Positions 1-9,484 of a DNA stretch of 64,000 nt are shown in pieces. This DNA is from a virus. The notes beneath the pieces were generated by a model. It saw only the letters and a list, made by a program, of their open reading frames with translations, did no database searches and had not been told where the DNA came from. The stretch covers positions 38,341-102,340 of IMG/VR virus record IMGVR_UViG_3300042896_000714. One strand, 5' to 3'. The translations under genes were made by a program, and so were the position numbers. Position 1 is the stretch's first letter, and every line of letters begins with the position of its first letter.

Positions 1-1635
1 AATTTTGGTGATTAATAGTCCTGAGTTCTCTTCAAATCCAACATAGCCCGGAGGACTACCAATTAGCTTACTAACACTATGCTTTTCCTGGTATTCTGAC
101 ATATCAAAACGCACTAACTTAACGCCAAGGTGTTTAGCAAGTGATTTTGCAGTTTCAGTTTTACCAGTACCAGTTGGTCCCATAAAGACAAACGATCCGA
201 TTGGGCGATTATCTGGTTTCAATCCTGCATGGCTAACAAGAATCTTATCTACGATTTCCGTAATAGCAGTATCCTGTCCGTAAACTTCTTGCTTGAGTTG
301 GTCTTCAAGACTAATAAGGGTTGCACTTTCTTGTTCAGCAATTTGCTCTGCAGGAATGTTAACAACTTTAGCTAACTCATATTCAATTTCGCTTGCTCCT
401 ACTGTGCGTGTACCAGCGATCTTAAGATTGAACCGTGAACATGCCAAGTCAATTAAGTCAATAGCTTTATCAGGTAACTTCTTATCTGCTTGGTATTTAA
501 CGCTCAATTTAATTGCAGCTTGCAACGCTTCGTCTTTGATCTTAACTTTGTGATGTTCTTCGTAGTACTTTTTCAAGCCTTTGAGGATCTGGAACGACAT
601 TTCTGCGGTGGGTTCATCAATTGTGATACGTTGGAACCGACGCATTAATGCACGATCCTTTTCAAAGTGCTTACGGTATTCTTCCCATGTGGTGGAAGCA
701 ATAACCTTAATGTTGCCTTTGCTCAACGCAGGCTTCATCATATTAGCAAGATCGTTTGCACTATTGTTGGCGCTGCCCGCTCCACTAATCATATGGGCTT
801 CATCAATAAACAAAATAGTTTTACCTTTTTTGCCTAATCCTTTTAAAACCAGCTTAAAGCGTTCTTCAAAGTCACCTCTATACTTAGATCCAGCAAGCAT
901 GGCGCTAATGTCAAGGTTAAACACTACGTACTCTTTTAAGAAGTCAGGGACCGCACCATTGACAATGTTGAATGCCAGTCCTTCAGCGATAGCAGTTTTA
1001 CCTACACCAGGATCACCAACAAGGATAACATTGCTCTTATTACGTCGACCCATTGCAAGGGCAACATTTTCTAATTCATCTACGCGACCAATAACTGGAT
1101 CAATCTTGTTCTTTTTAACAAGCTCGTTAAGGTTAGTAGTAAAGGCTTTGAGCGCACGCTCGCTTTGGGTGTCACGAGGTTCTTCTTCCTCGGTAACTGC
1201 CGCTTCCAATTCGTTGTTAAGGTAATCTGAAAATTTATCTTTATCAATGTTTGCTTGCTGAATGTAGTAACTTGCCCAGCATCGTTTTTCACTCATCATT
1301 GCGATAAAAACATCACTTGATTCAATCCGTTGCCGACCGTTAAATAATACTTGTGTAAATGCTCGGTTAAGCACGCGTTCCACAGTCTGAGTTTTACGCG
1401 GTTTAACTTCGACATCACTAACGATATCATCACATTTGTTCTTGAGATAGTTCTCAAGATTCTTTTTAATAAAATCCGGATCAGAACCGTATCCTTGGAC
1501 ACAGTTAGTAAAGGACTCTTCACATAGCATAGCAAACAATAGATGCTCTAGCGTAAGATACTCATGTTTGAGTTTCTTCGCAACATCGATTGCTTTTTCA
1601 AATACTAATTGTAATTCGTTGCTTGGTTCTACCAT
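1..1635 (-). CDS. clpA: ATP-dependent Clp protease ATP-binding subunit ClpA-like (5' part; runs off the window)
   Basis: Not in the ORF track; manual translation from ATG at 1635 gives MVEPSNELQLVFEKAIDVAKKLKHEYLTLEHLLFAM (Clp N-domain), Walker A GDPGVGKT, KYRGDFEERF, second Walker A GPTGTGKTE; RBS AAAGGA upstream. Confidence 0.93.
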   Translation of the reverse strand, partial: MVEPSNELQLVFEKAIDVAKKLKHEYLTLEHLLFAMLCEESFTNCVQGYGSDPDFIKKNLENYLKNKCDDIVSDVEVKPRKTQTVERVLNRAFTQVLFNGRQRIESSDVFIAMMSEKRCWASYYIQQANIDKDKFSDYLNNELEAAVTEEEEPRDTQSERALKAFTTNLNELVKKNKIDPVIGRVDELENVALAMGRRNKSNVILVGDPGVGKTAIAEGLAFNIVNGAVPDFLKEYVVFNLDISAMLAGSKYRGDFEERFKLVLKGLGKKGKTILFIDEAHMISGAGSANNSANDLANMMKPALSKGNIKVIASTTWEEYRKHFEKDRALMRRFQRITIDEPTAEMSFQILKGLKKYYEEHHKVKIKDEALQAAIKLSVKYQADKKLPDKAIDLIDLACSRFNLKIAGTRTVGASEIEYELAKVVNIPAEQIAEQESATLISLEDQLKQEVYGQDTAITEIVDKILVSHAGLKPDNRPIGSFVFMGPTGTGKTETAKSLAKHLGVKLVRFDMSEYQEKHSVSKLIGSPPGYVGFEENSGLLITKI

Positions 1636-1670
1636 TTATTTTCCTTTGTTCGTTACTACTGCTAACTTAC

Positions 1671-1699
1671 ATTATATAAGTGTTTTGTATATATGTCAA
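1671..1699 (-). promoter_or_regulatory. sigma70-type promoter for clpA
   Basis: Minus strand TTGACA-17 nt-TATAAT. Confidence 0.85.
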
Positions 1700-2538
1700 G
1701 AGATTTTAGAATATGCTCGTTCGAGCTCTTCTTTAATCAAGGGATCGATTATTGCAGGCACTTTGATGCCAACAAGGATTATCAAATGCCCGCGCTGTCC
1801 TTGCATGTTCTTAAAGCCTAATCCTTGAGAAACGAATTCAGCGCCGTGTTGTACACCTGGCCGTAAATTAATTTTAATTTCATTTCCATTTAAATGGTTT
1901 ACTGACTTAGTACACCCAACCATTGCCTCAATGGGATTAATGAGCAGCAATGATACCAAGTGATCACCACGCCGCTCGTAGTCTTGGCTATTCTCCACCA
2001 TAATAGTAACATTCAAATCTCCGCGTGGTAAGTTGGTGTCACTATTATCTCCCATTCCTCCATATCGAATAGTTTGCCCATTTTGAATACCTTCGGGTAC
2101 TGTAATGACTACGGTTTCTTTAACACCAGTTGGAAGCGGGTATGTTGCCTCGATGTTTGTTCCAGTAAAGCTTTGTGCAAACGAAATTTTACAGCGTATG
2201 CTGAGATCACGGTTCTTTCTGCGTTGCTGTGGTTGCCCGCCTTGTGCATGTCTAAAGAATTGCGCAAACGGGCCACCACCGCCTCCAAACATCTCATCAA
2301 CGTTAAACGGGTGCTCGCCGGTAAAATTGAACGGATTGCCGCCACCGCGCTGTTGCGAATCATACGCAGCGCGTTTTTGTTCATCACCTATGGTATCATA
2401 CGCTTGCGCAATCTTTTGGAATGCAGCAGTGTCTCCACCTCTATCAGGGTGATGTGTTGCAGCCAGTTTCCTGTAGGCTTTTTTGATTTCGTCTTGAGTG
2501 GCAGTTTCAGAAACGCCTAATTCAGTATAAAAGTTCAT
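1696..2538 (-). CDS. dnaJ: DnaJ class B (CbpA-like) co-chaperone
   Basis: J-domain with HPD (HHPDRGG), G/F-rich linker, DnaJ C-terminal domain (GDLNVTI), no Zn finger. Confidence 0.92.
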   Translation of the reverse strand: MNFYTELGVSETATQDEIKKAYRKLAATHHPDRGGDTAAFQKIAQAYDTIGDEQKRAAYDSQQRGGGNPFNFTGEHPFNVDEMFGGGGGPFAQFFRHAQGGQPQQRRKNRDLSIRCKISFAQSFTGTNIEATYPLPTGVKETVVITVPEGIQNGQTIRYGGMGDNSDTNLPRGDLNVTIMVENSQDYERRGDHLVSLLLINPIEAMVGCTKSVNHLNGNEIKINLRPGVQHGAEFVSQGLGFKNMQGQRGHLIILVGIKVPAIIDPLIKEELERAYSKIS

Positions 2539-2543
2539 ATGCT

Positions 2544-2572
2544 ATTATATAGCATTTTATGCTATCGGTCAA
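2544..2572 (-). promoter_or_regulatory. sigma70-type promoter, leaderless dnaJ transcript
   Basis: TTGACC-17-TATAAT then 5 nt then ATG; spacer contains ATAGCAT/ATGCTAT inverted repeat. Confidence 0.75.
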
Positions 2573-2944
2573 CTAATCTCTTGGTGGCATGTAGTCACTA
2601 TCTGCTGGTTTTGAAACTTGTGGACGTGCATTATATGGCTTATTATAAGCTGCGGATTGATTATATGGTTGGCTAGGTGCATACCCACTATTCATGGCAG
2701 TAATTTTTTCCTGACCACGCGTCCATGCAGTAACTCCAAGTATGGCGCCCATTGCGACGTGATATAACCCAGCACCTTGCAGGGTCAATGGTTGCCACAT
2801 TTCAAGTTTAGTTACACCAATATGATGCTGAAATACTGCCCAAGCAACTGGAAAAATAATAAAGTCGGTGATGCAGGTGACCATGTACACGTACCCCATC
2901 ATGGGCCGCCATTTATTGTTCATCCAATCTTTTGAATACGCCAT
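2573..2944 (-). CDS. Putative holin (GTA 3TM holin-like membrane protein)
   Basis: WRP motif followed by hydrophobic segments and a G..R..EK ending; adjacent to spanins; TAAATA upstream at 2963-2968. Confidence 0.6.
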   Translation of the reverse strand: MAYSKDWMNNKWRPMMGYVYMVTCITDFIIFPVAWAVFQHHIGVTKLEMWQPLTLQGAGLYHVAMGAILGVTAWTRGQEKITAMNSGYAPSQPYNQSAAYNKPYNARPQVSKPADSDYMPPRD

Positions 2945-2965
2945 ACTGTTACTCCGTTACAGTAT

Positions 2966-3226
2966 TTATTTGACGTCTTTGTAAATTTGCTTTTGAGTTT
3001 TATACCAGTCTGACCACGCTTCAACTCTTCCTTGGCATTTGATGTATTCACCGTAATTTGTAGTAATTACTTTGAGAGTTTCACTTAATTTTTCAGTGCC
3101 ATCAGCAACTAATGCGAGATCAGGGCAAGATTTAACATCAGGGGCATTAGGCCAATCTGGGGTTGCTGGGATTGTCAACCAACATCCTGATAATAAGGCT
3201 GTGCATAGTAATAAAAATATTTTCAT
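2966..3226 (-). CDS. Putative o-spanin (Rz1-like lipoprotein)
   Basis: Lipobox LLSGC, Pro-rich segment, additional Cys; overlaps the upstream i-spanin stop. Confidence 0.7.
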   Translation of the reverse strand: MKIFLLLCTALLSGCWLTIPATPDWPNAPDVKSCPDLALVADGTEKLSETLKVITTNYGEYIKCQGRVEAWSDWYKTQKQIYKDVK

Positions 3227-3672
3227 TTTTTTACAACTACTTTATTACGTGCAGCTTCGTTTAAAATATCAATAGTTTCTTTTGTAATTTTGCACTGGCT
3301 ATCGATTAGAACACTAACGTCCCTAATCTTTTCCTGGATAATTATTTGTACTTCTTTGACAACTTTAACTTTATCTTGGAAGACATATTCAATTTTAGCT
3401 GTTGCTATTTTGGCTTTTTCTTCAGCTATATTGGCGCGGATCTCAGCAGCTTCGACTTTTGAACGCCATTCTTTTTCGATGTTAATGCCACCGTACCAGT
3501 AGACTCCCAAGACTAAACTTAATACTGATATTACTTGCAGAGCCCCCTTTTGCAAACCCATCAAAGGATTTTTTATAAAGTATGAGCCAATGAATCCCAC
3601 GCTCCCTGCTATTAAAACAAGGTTAACAAATGCCGTTAATACAACTGTGGGTAATAAGCTCAAAACCCACAT
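3223..3672 (-). CDS. Putative i-spanin (Rz-like)
   Basis: N-terminal TM helices then coiled coil and a C-terminal Cys; directly upstream of the lipoprotein. Confidence 0.65.
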   Translation of the reverse strand: MWVLSLLPTVVLTAFVNLVLIAGSVGFIGSYFIKNPLMGLQKGALQVISVLSLVLGVYWYGGINIEKEWRSKVEAAEIRANIAEEKAKIATAKIEYVFQDKVKVVKEVQIIIQEKIRDVSVLIDSQCKITKETIDILNEAARNKVVVKK

Positions 3673-4406
3673 TATAGTCTTTCTAGCGACACGGCATATT
3701 TTCCGTGTTCAAATACAAACGCACCGCCTACTTTAGTAATGTTGTAATTACCCAAGTATTTTGAAAGAAAAATTACTTCTGATACATCTTGACTTTCAAG
3801 CATAATCCTTCCAGGAAGGCTCTCATACACTTCTTGGGTGGTTCCAAAATCTTTAATACGTAACCGCAAGCTATCAGCGTACAACTTTTTAAAAATAATA
3901 TCTTCATTATCTACTGAGATATTTTCAACATAGCTACGATTAAAAAAGTTGCTAAAGTTGTTAAGTACATTTTCTTTGATTGTTACTTCGTAATCTTCTT
4001 TACTTGTTGGAATAGTGTCAATTAATGTTTGCTTATCAGCAGGGAGTGACTTAAAACTTTTGTAGTATCTAAACTTAAAGTCAGTAATTCCGGTAAGATT
4101 TTCTAAACCGTTAAGAATTTCTAAAATATGTTCAGGAACATGCCGGTCACGTTCAAGTTCAACAAACACTTTGTAGCGACCGTCTTTTAGTTCGCCAGGT
4201 GTAGAATCAGCATCTAAAACAAACTCGTAGCCGCGTTCAATAAAATTGACTAAATCTTCAGCAGGCTCACGGTCTTCTACATTGAAACTAAGAACGACAA
4301 TATCTTTATCGGTTCCCATTTTACTAGCGTAGCTATCGACTTCAAATCCACTATCAACTAAATTTTTTAAATCATGTGAGTGTAATGCTTCGTTTACATT
4401 AGACAT
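3672..4406 (-). CDS. Hypothetical phage protein (start moved to MSNVNE)
   Basis: Long acidic ORF; ATG at 4406 with AGGAGG upstream, coupled to the upstream gene's end. Confidence 0.7.
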   Translation of the reverse strand: MSNVNEALHSHDLKNLVDSGFEVDSYASKMGTDKDIVVLSFNVEDREPAEDLVNFIERGYEFVLDADSTPGELKDGRYKVFVELERDRHVPEHILEILNGLENLTGITDFKFRYYKSFKSLPADKQTLIDTIPTSKEDYEVTIKENVLNNFSNFFNRSYVENISVDNEDIIFKKLYADSLRLRIKDFGTTQEVYESLPGRIMLESQDVSEVIFLSKYLGNYNITKVGGAFVFEHGKYAVSLERL

Positions 4407-4974
4407 TTGGCATTCCTCCTGCAGTTGGTTGTCCACCCGCTCCTGGTACAACTGCTGCGCCACCTTGTGCTGGTGCTTGCTGGGCGGCATCCGCTGCTTC
4501 AGCTGGTGCAGGTTGAGCACCTTCAGTACTACCAATGCCCATGTTTTCTTTCATCTTACTCATGTACCCGTCGTAAATATCCGCTGCGAGTTTCTTTGGC
4601 ATTGTAATTTCAACGATCCAAACTGGCTTACGGTCCAGCTTTCCTTTTTTAGTTCCTGGGCGAATATCTTCTGGTTTTTTAACTTGCCTCGGTTGCAGCA
4701 AAAATGTTTTTTCGTAACGCACTTGACATCCGTAATCCAATAACCGTTTTCCACCCATTGGATCTGGCATCTTGTCTTTTGGCCACATAAAGCTAGCTTT
4801 GATCCAATGCCGTTCGACATGCGGCCCGCTTACAAGTTCGCCATCTTCCCAGTTTTTGTACACATACAAATCAAGTTCGTCAATAACTCTTTCAAAGTCT
4901 TTGAGAACTGATAAATTTGTATTAGTATTGTAGATTGATTCTACGTTTTTAATAATTTCTAAAATATCGAGCAT
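4399..4974 (-). CDS. Hypothetical phage protein (late-promoter driven)
   Basis: 191-aa ORF with low-complexity A/P/Q tail; TAAATA at 4998-5003. Confidence 0.75.
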   Translation of the reverse strand: MLDILEIIKNVESIYNTNTNLSVLKDFERVIDELDLYVYKNWEDGELVSGPHVERHWIKASFMWPKDKMPDPMGGKRLLDYGCQVRYEKTFLLQPRQVKKPEDIRPGTKKGKLDRKPVWIVEITMPKKLAADIYDGYMSKMKENMGIGSTEGAQPAPAEAADAAQQAPAQGGAAVVPGAGGQPTAGGMPNV

Positions 4975-5127
4975 GTTTATTCCGCAATTGTTAATCTTAT
5001 TTAGTCTGGTTTATTCTATATAGTAATGTATCGCTTTTGTCGTAAACAGTTAAATACATCGTGGGGCTATTGTAGTTATCATTGGCGGTTGCTGCATTGT
5101 CCTGCTTTACTTAAAGTGGAGAACTGA

Positions 5128-5850
5128 ATGAGTAGTAAACAAAGAGTTAAAAAACGTTTTACGTCTGATGTAAATGTGATTGATTTTCAAACTTATGCCC
5201 CTCAAAAGAAGCATAAAGTAGCACTGTTGCCACGCAACAAAAATCAAGAAGCTTACCTCAGTAAACTGCAAGACCCAAAGAAAAACATTGTTTTTGCAAT
5301 TGGCCCTGCAGGTACAGGTAAAACTATAATGGCTGTAATGCATGGTATTAAACTTATGCAAGACGGCGTTGTTGAAAAAATTATTGTTACAAGACCAGCT
5401 GTTTCAGTTGACGAAGATTTAGGGTTCCTACCAGGTACATTAAATGAGAAAATGGCTCCATGGACACGCCCAATTTTTGACGTTTTGTCAGAATACTACC
5501 AAGCAAAAGAAATTGAAGGAATGCTACTTGAGGGGATTATTGAAATAAGTCCACTAGCATATATGCGCGGCCGTACATTTAAAAACGCATATATTATTGC
5601 AGATGAAATGCAGAATGCTACTCAAAATCAAATGAAAATGCTATTAACTCGGATAGGCGAAAATAGCAAAATGGTTGTTACTGGGGACTTAAATCAAGCA
5701 GACAGATTACGTGATAACGGTCTTATCGACTTTGTAGCCAGAATTGAAGGACATAAGTTGCAACACATTGATGCAATCCGATTTGATCACAAAGACATTG
5801 AACGTCACGATGCAGTTAGGGAAGTACTAAACGTTTACGGAGACGATTAA
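5128..5850 (+). CDS. phoH: PhoH-like ATPase
   Basis: GPAGTGKT, TRPAV, LGFLPG, YMRGRT, DEMQN, GDLNQ motifs. Confidence 0.95.
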   Translation: MSSKQRVKKRFTSDVNVIDFQTYAPQKKHKVALLPRNKNQEAYLSKLQDPKKNIVFAIGPAGTGKTIMAVMHGIKLMQDGVVEKIIVTRPAVSVDEDLGFLPGTLNEKMAPWTRPIFDVLSEYYQAKEIEGMLLEGIIEISPLAYMRGRTFKNAYIIADEMQNATQNQMKMLLTRIGENSKMVVTGDLNQADRLRDNGLIDFVARIEGHKLQHIDAIRFDHKDIERHDAVREVLNVYGDD

Positions 5851-5874
5851 AAAAGGGCCCAATGGGCCCTTTTT
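5851..5874. terminator. Bidirectional intrinsic terminator
   Basis: AAAAGGGCCC-AAT-GGGCCCTTTT between the convergent phoH and deaminase genes. Confidence 0.85.
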
Positions 5875-5875
5875 A

Positions 5876-6394
5876 CTAGCATTGCACAACAGCAACCCCA
5901 GATTTTTTTAGGAATTCTACTCCTGCTGTATCACGATATGCGCTGCGGAAGTACACACTATTGATACCGCTTTGATATATGAGTTTCGCGCAGTCGATAC
6001 ACGGAGCATGAGTAATAAAAATAGCAGCTTTATCGCCACTGTTGACTGACTTAGCCAACTTTGAAAGGGCGTTTGATTCAGCATGCAGTACTTCAGGTTT
6101 TGTCTTTAAGTGATAACGGCCTTGCATTGGATTATCATCCGCATCTTTGTAATGTCCTTCAAATGGCCATCGTTCTTCAATTTCTTCTGGACTAAGCCAA
6201 CCGCCTGCTCCGCTATCCATCCATACGCTATCTTCACAGTTGTTATCCCATCCTGACGGCATACCATTGTACCCATAGCTAATAACAGTATCATCTTTTA
6301 CAATGACTGCTCCCACTTTCAGCCGTACTGCATGACTTAACTGTGATGCTCGTTCAGCCCAGTCCATGTACAAGTTTACATACTTTTCTTTCAT
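5876..6394 (-). CDS. dCMP deaminase
   Basis: VGAVIV, GYNG, HAESNA, PCIDC zinc motifs. Confidence 0.93.
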   Translation of the reverse strand: MKEKYVNLYMDWAERASQLSHAVRLKVGAVIVKDDTVISYGYNGMPSGWDNNCEDSVWMDSGAGGWLSPEEIEERWPFEGHYKDADDNPMQGRYHLKTKPEVLHAESNALSKLAKSVNSGDKAAIFITHAPCIDCAKLIYQSGINSVYFRSAYRDTAGVEFLKKSGVAVVQC

Positions 6395-6759
6395 GCAAAT
6401 AACCGGTCAAAGTGTGTAGTATTAACTTGATATATTTCCGGCACATCTTCATAGGTTACTTCAACAACGTTTCCGCCCCACCGTATAATAAACCAGTGCG
6501 CGTCCTTCATATGTTTGAAGGCTACATCGAAAGTACCATCTGCAGATCTAGTGTAATTACTGGTAATATACCACCGCCAACCTTCTTCGTGTTCATTACT
6601 AACCTCTTGAGGCGATGGCTTGTAGTCATAAGCAGCTGGCGGCTGGGCATCACTACGGTCATAAACTTCTCGAAACGCAGTGGTGCACCATTCAGCAACG
6701 TCTGTTCTTACAGAATTGTTTAGTTCAGGATGCACTGTGATAGATTTGATAGGTTTCAT
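6391..6759 (-). CDS. Hypothetical protein
   Basis: ORF coupled by 4-nt overlaps to both neighbours. Confidence 0.7.
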   Translation of the reverse strand: MKPIKSITVHPELNNSVRTDVAEWCTTAFREVYDRSDAQPPAAYDYKPSPQEVSNEHEEGWRWYITSNYTRSADGTFDVAFKHMKDAHWFIIRWGGNVVEVTYEDVPEIYQVNTTHFDRLFA

Positions 6760-7673
6760 AGACGAGCCAACCGTATAAGAGTGGCCGCTAAGTTGATTTC
6801 AGAATCTATGACAATAACATGGTCAAGTAGTCCTTGTTTAATAATCATAATTGCTTTCTCTTGCTTGTCTTCGTCGCCAAACAGTTCAACATTTTCATAT
6901 AGCCACCTGAAAATGCCTTCAATTTCTTCTGGACGGGCTTGGGCACATACCAATTTACGAGCTTCAGCAATCTTACCCTTCTTAAATAGCTCAACCATTT
7001 CAATTTTGTAATCGGAAGTGCTAGTATCGCCTTTCTCTGGTGTAACCAATACCCCTGATTGGCAATTCATTTGTACAGTGTTGATGCACTTGCGCAAATC
7101 TGGGTATGTTGCTTTAACAAACGTATCAATAGTGTCAAGATCAAACTGAATGTTTTCCGAAAGTAGAATAGTTGCAATTCTGGCCGTAAACTCAGTTTGA
7201 TCTGGCTTATCAATGGCAAACATTTGGCATCGGCTGTGTAATGCTGGGATAATACGATTGGGATAGTTACATGTTAAGATAAATCTAGCAGTGTTATGAT
7301 ACTCCTCCATAACACCACGCAAACTTGCTTGGGCATTTAATGTCAAAAAATCAGCTTCGTCTAGTAACACAATTTTGAAATCGCCAAACGGGATCATTTG
7401 AACAAAGTTGGTGATCTTTTCACGTAAGTTGCCAACACCGTTGTCTCGGCTAGCATTGACCTCCATAATATCAAGTGGATTAATATCAAGCTCATTAAAC
7501 AGAATTTTTGCAAGTGTGGTCTTACCAATACCTGCGCTGCCGCTTAGTAACAAGTGTGGAATACTCTTATCGTCAATCCAGCCCTTTACTTGATTATGCT
7601 GGTGCGCATTTCTAAAAACGTACCCATCTAACGTACTTGGTCTAAATTTTTCTACCCAAAGTTCTGTTGCCAT
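6756..7673 (-). CDS. Sliding-clamp loader AAA+ subunit (RFC small subunit / T4 gp44-like)
   Basis: LWVEKFRP, GSAGIGKT, EVNAS, LLDEAD, LHSRC motifs. Confidence 0.93.
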   Translation of the reverse strand: MATELWVEKFRPSTLDGYVFRNAHQHNQVKGWIDDKSIPHLLLSGSAGIGKTTLAKILFNELDINPLDIMEVNASRDNGVGNLREKITNFVQMIPFGDFKIVLLDEADFLTLNAQASLRGVMEEYHNTARFILTCNYPNRIIPALHSRCQMFAIDKPDQTEFTARIATILLSENIQFDLDTIDTFVKATYPDLRKCINTVQMNCQSGVLVTPEKGDTSTSDYKIEMVELFKKGKIAEARKLVCAQARPEEIEGIFRWLYENVELFGDEDKQEKAIMIIKQGLLDHVIVIDSEINLAATLIRLARL

Positions 7674-7690
7674 GTAATTTCCTTAATTTA

Positions 7691-7855
7691 TTAAACAATT
7701 TCTTCGATAATGCCTAGCATTTCTGCTAAAGCAAACAATCCGCCAGCAGTAATCAATGCACCATAACATAGCGCACCAGCAGCCAATATTCGAACGAGGC
7801 TTTTAGCAAGGCTAACATAAAAATGCCCCTTACTTGTGTCTTTTGGTTGAATCAT
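7691..7855 (-). CDS. Small membrane protein (54 aa)
   Basis: Manual ORF MIQPKDTSKGHFYVSLAKSLVRILAAGALCYGALITAGGLFALAEMLGIIEEIV. Confidence 0.6.
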   Translation of the reverse strand: MIQPKDTSKGHFYVSLAKSLVRILAAGALCYGALITAGGLFALAEMLGIIEEIV

Positions 7856-7992
7856 TTTAATTGTTCTTTCATTTGTATTTTCCAGTTAAGTGCATCTTCT
7901 TCGTAGTCAAAGCGTGGGCTTAATTCATTATCTTCGTCAAAATCATCGATCCAAACATACACTTGGTTATAATCGTCAAGCACTAGTTTCAT
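7852..7992 (-). CDS. Small acidic hypothetical protein (46 aa)
   Basis: Manual ORF MKLVLDDYNQVYVWIDDFDEDNELSPRFDYEEDALNWKIQMKEQLK; GGAG upstream; ATGA overlap with the next gene. Confidence 0.55.
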   Translation of the reverse strand: MKLVLDDYNQVYVWIDDFDEDNELSPRFDYEEDALNWKIQMKEQLK

Positions 7993-8176
7993 TTTTAAAC
8001 TCCATGTAGGGAGAAATATCGTTATCAAATAGTTGAGCCATTCTTGACCACAGCATTTCTCGATCAGATAGTGTCATTCCGGCAACAAATGAGAAGTCAC
8101 TGTATTCCTTAGTGAGCCCGTAATCGTGTCGTGTAGTATAGCACATTCCTGTTATAATCTGTTCACGAGTCTTCAT
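7976..8176 (-). CDS. Hypothetical protein
   Basis: 66-aa ORF in the operon chain. Confidence 0.6.
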   Translation of the reverse strand: MKTREQIITGMCYTTRHDYGLTKEYSDFSFVAGMTLSDREMLWSRMAQLFDNDISPYMEFKNETSA

Positions 8177-8453
8177 CTACTTCCTGTATTTCTGGATTAT
8201 CGAAAACCCCATAAGTTACATCATACCGTTTCTCTCCGATACGAAATTCTTCAGTCCAAGTTCGTTGGTTATTACTTTGCCTTGACGGCTCGAGCAATTG
8301 TAATAGCGTCCAAATTTTGTCATACTCTTCGCCCACTAGTTCTCTACGCGGTGGCCCCATTACTCTACGAAGAAGCTGTTTGGCATACCCTGGCTCTTCT
8401 TTTATTCTTTTTAAAAACGCTTTATGCTGCGCATCAGATATATGTGTAGTCAT
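8163..8453 (-). CDS. Hypothetical protein (start moved to MTTHISD)
   Basis: ATG lies 6 nt after a consensus -10 box. Confidence 0.65.
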   Translation of the reverse strand: MTTHISDAQHKAFLKRIKEEPGYAKQLLRRVMGPPRRELVGEEYDKIWTLLQLLEPSRQSNNQRTWTEEFRIGEKRYDVTYGVFDNPEIQEVDEDS

Positions 8454-8459
8454 GTATGT

Positions 8460-8497
8460 ATTATACAGATTAAAAAAGGGCCTGTCAAGGCCCTTTT
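8460..8497 (-). promoter_or_regulatory. Consensus sigma70 promoter overlapping an intrinsic terminator hairpin
   Basis: TTGACA (8483-8488)-17-TATAAT (8460-8465); hairpin AAAAGGGCCT/AGGCCCTTTT 8474-8497 with a U-run on the minus strand. Confidence 0.85.
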
Positions 8498-8500
8498 GTG

Positions 8501-8869
8501 TTATTGCAATACGTATGGAGCAAGCTCCGGCGCTTTCCACCCCAACGGTTTAAGAACTTTTCCATCTTCACGCTTGCGAACTTTGCCAGTATCTTTGTCG
8601 ATCTTAGCAAAGTTGGTTGACATCACTTCCTTCCAAGCACCTTCTCCATCAGCGCCCATTGAGTGGATAGCCCCAATGGTGACAACAAGGATGTCAATTA
8701 ATGCATCTAGTTGCTCAATTTTATCATTTTGAGTAATTGCTTCAAGCAATTCTGCATGTTCTTCATCGATTAAGCTTACATACATATCGTATTGAGATGT
8801 TGTGGAACCATCAACTTGCTGATCGCAAGCTTGCATAAATTTCTCTTGATCCCTAAATGGATTAGTCAT
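8501..8869 (-). CDS. MazG-like / PRA-PH nucleotide pyrophosphohydrolase
   Basis: LIDEEHAEL, DALIDILVV, EVMSTNFAK, REDGKVLKP; start moved to MTNPF. Confidence 0.85.
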   Translation of the reverse strand: MTNPFRDQEKFMQACDQQVDGSTTSQYDMYVSLIDEEHAELLEAITQNDKIEQLDALIDILVVTIGAIHSMGADGEGAWKEVMSTNFAKIDKDTGKVRKREDGKVLKPLGWKAPELAPYVLQ

Positions 8870-8870
8870 A

Positions 8871-9245
8871 TTAAATTCTGTATGCCTCGTTTGGTGCATT
8901 GGTGCTGGTATCTGCGCCGAAATACGTATCGGACGGTTCAGTATCGGATTGGAGTAAGATTGCGGTAGTATCAATCCGTCGGATAACAATTTCACGGCCA
9001 TCTTCCCTTACAGTTATTCCGCGAGTCCATCTCGCATGCTCTACATAAATCCATTCGCCAACTTTGACGTCAGTTTGTTTTGGGCCTACTGCCCATACCT
9101 TGCACCAACGAGGTTTCACCCCTTCTGATTTACCGTTATCACTACGGAGAACAATTCCAGAAGCTGTTTTTTGCTCCTCGAAGTTCATATCACAAGCTAA
9201 CACGTTATCATTTAATGGCACTAATGTACCTTCTACTACATTCAT
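8871..9245 (-). CDS. groES: GroES-like co-chaperonin
   Basis: PLNDNVL, KTASGIVL mobile loop, VWAVGP, VKVGE. Confidence 0.85.
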   Translation of the reverse strand: MNVVEGTLVPLNDNVLACDMNFEEQKTASGIVLRSDNGKSEGVKPRWCKVWAVGPKQTDVKVGEWIYVEHARWTRGITVREDGREIVIRRIDTTAILLQSDTEPSDTYFGADTSTNAPNEAYRI

Positions 9246-9254
9246 TTAATTCCT

Positions 9255-9467
9255 TTATTGTTGTGGTTTGCCAGTGTAGTATTCGTTTGCAATATCTTCT
9301 TGCTTACGAATGATCTTACCACCGGGCCCAATTTGGTCACCTCGGGCATTAACTTTAGCGTTACCCACTGCTAATACCATTTCGTTGCGTTGTCGAAGCT
9401 TGTCGACATCAACCTCTTTACCTTGCATCGATCTGTGAATGATTTTTGCTTCTGGTTTCATTGCCAT
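9255..9467 (-). CDS. Hypothetical protein
   Basis: 70-aa ORF with RBS AAGGA. Confidence 0.65.
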   Translation of the reverse strand: MAMKPEAKIIHRSMQGKEVDVDKLRQRNEMVLAVGNAKVNARGDQIGPGGKIIRKQEDIANEYYTGKPQQ

Positions 9468-9484
9468 AATATATTTCCTTTTGG

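Noticed and set aside
293-1828. ORF-track entries 293..553, 581..1225, 1080..1292, 1296..1535, 1568..1828
   Set aside because: Antisense or off-frame shadows of the clpA gene (1..1635, minus strand), which the track missed because it runs off the window
4407-4535. Extended N-termini in the ORF track (also 8501..9001, 8163..8540, 48374, 51546..52460, 60842..61696)
   Set aside because: They overlap neighbouring genes or promoters; downstream ATGs have better RBS or promoter context
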